Part shown: positions 59,018 through 64,000 of the stretch, in pieces
Numbering within the stretch: the first letter of the stretch is position 1
Layout: the number at the start of each line of letters is the position of its first letter
NCBI RefSeq assembly: GCF_044647545.1
Contig: NZ_CP172818.1
Reading direction: 5' to 3' (one strand)
Source: Escherichia coli
GTDB taxonomy: Bacteria; Pseudomonadota; Gammaproteobacteria; Enterobacterales; Enterobacteriaceae
Length of the DNA stretch: 64,000 nt
Notes under the pieces: model-generated
What the model saw: only the letters and a program-made list of their open reading frames with translations
What the model was told of the DNA's origin: nothing
Databases searched by the model: none
Position numbers and translations under genes: made by a program

Positions 59018-61774
59018 ATGACCAACTACAGCCTGCGCGCACGCATGATGATTCTGATCCTGGCACCGACCGTCCTTATTGGTTTATTGCTGAGTATCTT
59101 TTTCGTCGTGCATCGCTATAACGACTTGCAGCGTCAACTGGAAGATGCCGGTGCCAGCATTATTGAGCCGCTTGCAGTTTCTACTGAATATGGCATGAGT
59201 CTGCAAAATCGCGAATCTATCGGTCAGTTAATAAGCGTACTGCATCGTCGCCATTCCGATATTGTTCGCGCGATTTCGGTTTATGATGAAAATAACCGAC
59301 TCTTTGTCACCTCCAATTTTCATCTTGATCCCTCATCAATGCAGCTCGGCAGCAACGTGCCGTTTCCTCGCCAGCTCACTGTCACTCGTGACGGCGATAT
59401 TATGATCCTCCGCACGCCGATTATTTCTGAGAGTTACTCCCCCGACGAATCGCCCAGTAGCGATGCCAAAAATAGTCAAAATATGTTGGGATATATTGCG
59501 CTGGAGCTGGATCTTAAATCGGTTCGCTTGCAGCAATATAAAGAGATCTTTATTTCCAGCGTGATGATGCTGTTTTGTATCGGTATTGCGCTTATTTTTG
59601 GCTGGCGCTTAATGCGCGATGTAACCGGTCCGATTCGCAACATGGTGAATACCGTCGACCGCATCCGTCGCGGGCAACTCGACAGCCGGGTGGAAGGATT
59701 TATGCTTGGTGAGCTGGATATGCTGAAAAACGGTATCAACTCGATGGCAATGTCGCTGGCGGCTTATCACGAAGAGATGCAACACAATATCGACCAGGCG
59801 ACGTCCGATCTGCGTGAGACGCTGGAGCAAATGGAGATTCAGAACGTTGAGTTGGATCTGGCGAAAAAGCGCGCCCAGGAAGCGGCGCGTATTAAATCCG
59901 AGTTTCTGGCAAATATGTCACACGAGCTGCGTACACCACTGAATGGTGTTATTGGCTTTACCCGCCTGACGCTGAAAACAGAATTAACACCAACGCAGCG
60001 CGATCACCTGAATACGATTGAACGTTCGGCAAATAATTTGCTGGCAATTATTAATGATGTTCTCGACTTCTCGAAACTGGAAGCAGGTAAGCTGATTCTG
60101 GAAAGTATTCCATTCCCACTACGCAGCACGCTGGATGAAGTCGTTACCCTGCTGGCACATTCTTCTCACGATAAAGGGCTGGAACTGACGCTCAATATTA
60201 AAAGCGACGTGCCTGATAACGTGATCGGCGACCCACTACGATTACAGCAAATCATCACTAACCTGGTGGGGAATGCAATTAAATTCACCGAGAATGGCAA
60301 CATTGATATTCTGGTAGAAAAACGTGCGCTGAGTAATACCAAAGTGCAAATTGAAGTGCAGATTCGGGATACCGGCATTGGTATTCCTGAACGCGATCAA
60401 TCGCGCTTATTCCAGGCCTTCAGACAGGCTGATGCCAGTATTTCCCGCCGTCATGGTGGCACCGGGCTGGGGCTGGTGATTACACAAAAACTGGTTAATG
60501 AAATGGGCGGCGATATTTCGTTCCATAGCCAGCCGAATCGCGGTTCAACTTTCTGGTTCCACATTAATCTCGATCTGAACCCGAACATTATTATCGAAGG
60601 GCCATCCACCCAGTGCCTCGCCGGCAAGCGCCTGGCCTATGTCGAACCAAACTCCGCAGCAGCGCAATGCACGCTGGATATTTTAAGTGAAACGCCGCTG
60701 GAAGTGGTTTATAGCCCAACGTTCTCTGCGCTGCCTCCCGCGCATTACGACATGATGTTGTTAGGCATCGCGGTGACCTTCCGCGAGCCGCTAACAATGC
60801 AACATGAGCGATTAGCGAAAGCAGTATCGATGACCGATTTTCTGATGCTGGCACTTCCTTGCCATGCACAAGTCAATGCTGAAAAACTTAAGCAAGATGG
60901 TATCGGCGCGTGTCTGCTGAAACCATTAACACCTACGCGCCTGTTACCTGCCCTGACGGAATTTTGTCATCACAAACAAAACACGCTTTTGCCTGTAACC
61001 GATGAAAGTAAGCTGGCAATGACAGTCATGGCGGTTGATGACAACCCCGCTAACCTGAAACTTATCGGCGCATTGCTGGAAGATATGGTGCAACATGTGG
61101 AACTTTGCGATAGCGGGCATCAGGCGGTTGAACGGGCGAAACAGATGCCGTTCGATTTGATCTTAATGGATATTCAAATGCCGGACATGGACGGCATTCG
61201 GGCCTGCGAACTCATCCACCAGCTCCCCCATCAGCAACAAACGCCGGTTATCGCGGTAACGGCGCATGCAATGGCCGGGCAAAAAGAGAAGCTGCTTGGC
61301 GCAGGGATGAGCGATTATCTGGCGAAACCGATTGAAGAAGAGCGATTGCATAATTTGTTGTTGCGCTATAAGCCTGGCAGCGGTATTTCCTCTCGCGTCG
61401 TGACGCCCGAAGTCAACGAAATTGTGGTGAACCCGAATGCGACCCTCGACTGGCAACTGGCACTACGCCAGGCAGCAGGAAAAACCGATTTAGCGCGCGA
61501 TATGCTGCAAATGTTACTCGATTTCCTGCCTGAAGTTCGCAACAAAGTTGAGGAACAGCTGGTTGGAGAAAACCCGGAAGGCCTGGTTGATTTGATTCAT
61601 AAACTGCATGGCAGTTGCGGCTATAGCGGTGTGCCGCGTATGAAGAATCTCTGCCAACTGATCGAACAACAGCTACGTAGCGGTACTAAAGAAGAAGATT
61701 TGGAGCCGGAGCTGCTGGAACTGTTGGACGAGATGGATAATGTAGCGCGCGAAGCCAGCAAAATTCTCGGGTAA
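59018..61774 (+). CDS. barA: Hybrid sensor histidine kinase BarA
   Basis: 918-aa ORF; HAMP, HisKA (SHELRTPLN), HATPase, receiver and HPt domains. Confidence 0.96.
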
Positions 61775-61848
61775 CGGACGTCTTGTCGAGTAGCAATCGG
61801 CTTTTTATGAAGCTGGTTTCAGACTGGTGACAAAGTGCCTGTGTTTAT

Positions 61849-61882
61849 GCCGGATGCGGCGTTAACGCCTTATCCTGCCTAC
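61849..61882. repeat. REP element downstream of barA
   Basis: tgccggatgcggcgttaacgccttatcctgcctac matches the REP pattern. Confidence 0.6.
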
Positions 61883-61965
61883 AAAATCAATTAAATTCAA
61901 TGAATTAAAAAGTATGTTGGCCTGATACGTAGCGCAACAGGCAATTTTGCGTTTGGCATCAGTCT

Positions 61966-61999
61966 CAAACCGGCTCCTGACAGAGCCGGTTTTTGTTTT
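61966..61999 (+). terminator. Rho-independent terminator (aaccggct cctgacag agccggtt + TTTTTGTTTT)
   Basis: 8-bp stem followed by a T-run. Confidence 0.7.
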
Positions 62000-62004
62000 C
62001 AGTC

Positions 62005-63345
62005 TTAACGCACCATGCACGGGCGCTTGTTATCAAACGTCCAGCCAGGAATCAGGTACTGCATTCCCATCGCATCGTCACGCGCGCCAAGCCCGTGTTT
62101 CTGATACAGCTCGTGGGCTTTCATCACCTGATCCATATCGATTTCTACGCCCAATCCTGGTTTTTGCGGCACCTGTACCAGCCCGCCTTTGATCTCAAAC
62201 GGTTCTTTGGTCAGACGCTGATTGCCTTCCTGCCAGATCCAGTGCGTATCAATAGCAGTAATTTTACCCGGTGCAGCAGCGGCTACATGGGTAAACATCG
62301 CCAGGGAAATATCGAAGTGGTTGTTAGAGTGTGAACCCCAGGTCAGGCCAAATTCATGGCACATTTGCGCCACACGTACCGAACCTTGCATCGTCCAGAA
62401 ATGCGGATCCGCCAGCGGGATATCAACGGATTGCAGGGAGAGCGTATGGCCCATCTGCCGCCAGTCGGTGGCGATCATATTGGTTGCGGTCGGCAGGCCA
62501 GTCGCGCGACGGAACTCTGCCATCACTTCACGCCCGGAGAAACCTTGCTCCGCACCACACGGATCTTCTGCATAAGCCAGCGAACCTTTCAGGTATTTAC
62601 CAATTTTAATCGCTTCGTTCAGCGACCAGGCACCGTTAGGATCGAGGGTAATACGCGCCTGTGGGAAGCGTTGCGCCAGTGCCACAATAGATTCTGCTTC
62701 TTCTTCCCCGGCCAGTACACCGCCCTTCAGTTTGAAATCGTTGAAGCCATATTTTTCATATGCCGCTTCCGCCAGGCGCACCACCGCATCCGGCGTCATC
62801 GCTTCTTCGTGACGCAGGCGATACCAGTCACATTGATCATCCGGCTGGCTTTGATACGGCAGCGGTGTGGCTTTGCGATTACCGACGAAGAACAGATAAC
62901 CGAGCATTTCGACTTCGCTACGCTGTTGACCATCGCCCAGCAGCGATGCCACGTTAACCCCCAGATGCTGCCCCAGCAGATCCAGCATTGCCGCTTCTAT
63001 CCCGGTAACCACATGAATAGTGGTCCGCAGGTCAAATGTCTGCAAACCGCGCCCGCCGGCATCACGATCGGCAAATGTATTACGCACCAGCGTCAGAACG
63101 TTTTTGTATTCACCCAGCGTTTTACCCACCACCAGCGGAATCGCATCTTCCAGCGTTTTACGGATTTTCTCGCCGCCGGGAATTTCCCCTACCCCAGTGT
63201 GACCAGAATTATCTTTGATAATCACAATATTACGCGTGAAGAACGGTGCGTGTGCACCACTCAGATTCATCAGCATACTGTCATGGCCCGCCACCGGGAT
63301 GACCTGCATTTCAGTAACAACAGGCGTCGTAAATTGAGAACTCAT
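62005..63345 (-). CDS. gudD: Glucarate dehydratase (enolase superfamily)
   Basis: Start taken at [23 protein letters not shown] (446 aa). Confidence 0.93.
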   Translation of the reverse strand: MSSQFTTPVVTEMQVIPVAGHDSMLMNLSGAHAPFFTRNIVIIKDNSGHTGVGEIPGGEKIRKTLEDAIPLVVGKTLGEYKNVLTLVRNTFADRDAGGRGLQTFDLRTTIHVVTGIEAAMLDLLGQHLGVNVASLLGDGQQRSEVEMLGYLFFVGNRKATPLPYQSQPDDQCDWYRLRHEEAMTPDAVVRLAEAAYEKYGFNDFKLKGGVLAGEEEAESIVALAQRFPQARITLDPNGAWSLNEAIKIGKYLKGSLAYAEDPCGAEQGFSGREVMAEFRRATGLPTATNMIATDWRQMGHTLSLQSVDIPLADPHFWTMQGSVRVAQMCHEFGLTWGSHSNNHFDISLAMFTHVAAAAPGKITAIDTHWIWQEGNQRLTKEPFEIKGGLVQVPQKPGLGVEIDMDQVMKAHELYQKHGLGARDDAMGMQYLIPGWTFDNKRPCMVR

Positions 63346-63365
63346 ATTTATGTCCTTTTTCAAAA

Positions 63366-64000
63366 TCAATGACGGCCGAAAACGGGACGTTTACGGTCAA
63401 AGGTCCAGCCGGGGATCAGGTACTGCATCGGGCCCGCGTCGTTACGCGCACCGCCAGGCAGACGTTTATAGGCCTCATGCGCCTTTTGTACCTGCTCCCA
63501 GTCCAGTTCCACGCCCAGACCGGGCGCATCAGGAACGGCAATTTTTCCATTTTTAATCTCCAGCGGATTTTTGGTCAGGCGACAATCGCCCTCCTGCCAA
63601 ATCCAGTGGGTATCGATAGCGGTAGGATTACCCGGTGCCGCCGCGCCCACATGGGTAAACATCGCCAGAGAGATATCAAAGTGGTTATTGGAATGGCAGC
63701 CCCAGGTCAGCCCCCAGTCGTCGCAAAGCTGCGCTACGCGGACTGCACCGGAAAGCGTCCAGAAGTGCGGGTCGGCAAGTGGAATATCTACCGCATTGAG
63801 CATCACCGCATGGCCCATTTCGCGCCAGTTGGTGGCGATCATATTAGTCGCGACGGGCAAGCCGGTCGCCCGCCGAAATTCCGCCATCACTTCACGTCCG
63901 GAGAAACCCTGTTCTGCGCCACACGGATCTTCGGCATAGGTGAGAACATCATTCAGCCCTTTGCACAGAGAAATAGCTTCATCAAGCAGCCATGCTCCGT
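63366..64000 (-). CDS. gudX: Glucarate dehydratase-related protein GudX, partial (N-terminus lies beyond the window end)
   Basis: Reading frame open to the window edge; C-terminal 174 aa paralogous to GudD. Confidence 0.85.
   Translation of the reverse strand, partial: GAWLLDEAISLCKGLNDVLTYAEDPCGAEQGFSGREVMAEFRRATGLPVATNMIATNWREMGHAVMLNAVDIPLADPHFWTLSGAVRVAQLCDDWGLTWGCHSNNHFDISLAMFTHVGAAAPGNPTAIDTHWIWQEGDCRLTKNPLEIKNGKIAVPDAPGLGVELDWEQVQKAHEAYKRLPGGARNDAGPMQYLIPGWTFDRKRPVFGRH

Noticed and set aside
62356-63372. 338-aa plus-strand ORF overlapping gudD
   Set aside because: Antisense to gudD; no motifs
63366-63890. 174-aa ORF treated as a complete small gene
   Set aside because: The frame stays open upstream to the window edge; it is the 3' part of the larger gudX gene

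Overview
This window is an Escherichia coli K-12-like chromosomal segment, gene order ygbA–mutS–pphB–ygbIJKLMN–rpoS–nlpD–pcm–surE–truD–ispFD–ftsB–ygbE–cysCND–iap–CRISPR array–cas2-cas1-casEDCBA–cas3–cysHIJ–queD–ygcNOPQRSUW–yqcE–ygcE–CRISPR remnant + second array–queE–ygcG–eno–pyrG–mazG–mazFE–relA–rlmD–barA–gudD–gudX(partial). Gene names and products are assigned from my recollection of the E. coli proteins matched against the supplied ORF translations; no database search was run. The central system is a complete type I-E CRISPR-Cas locus (cas3, Cascade genes casABCDE, cas1, cas2) with a 13-repeat/12-spacer array next to iap, plus an orphan 7-repeat/6-spacer array and a degenerate remnant about 17 kb away. 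This system is well described in E. coli and I do not claim it as novel. The observations I consider most worth follow-up are: (1) an intrinsic-terminator-like hairpin with a U9 tract directly upstream of the ygcW start codon, next to ygcP, which encodes a GlpP-type antiterminator homologue; (2) ygbI and ygbJ are both broken by several frameshifts and a nonsense codon while their neighbours are intact; (3) positions 70–390 are an unnatural homopolymer-rich tract that looks like an assembly or sequencing artefact; (4) spacer lengths of 36 and 38 bp and degenerate leader-distal repeats in the CRISPR arrays; (5) rpoS codon 33 is GAG. No tRNA, rRNA, IS element or prophage was recognised.
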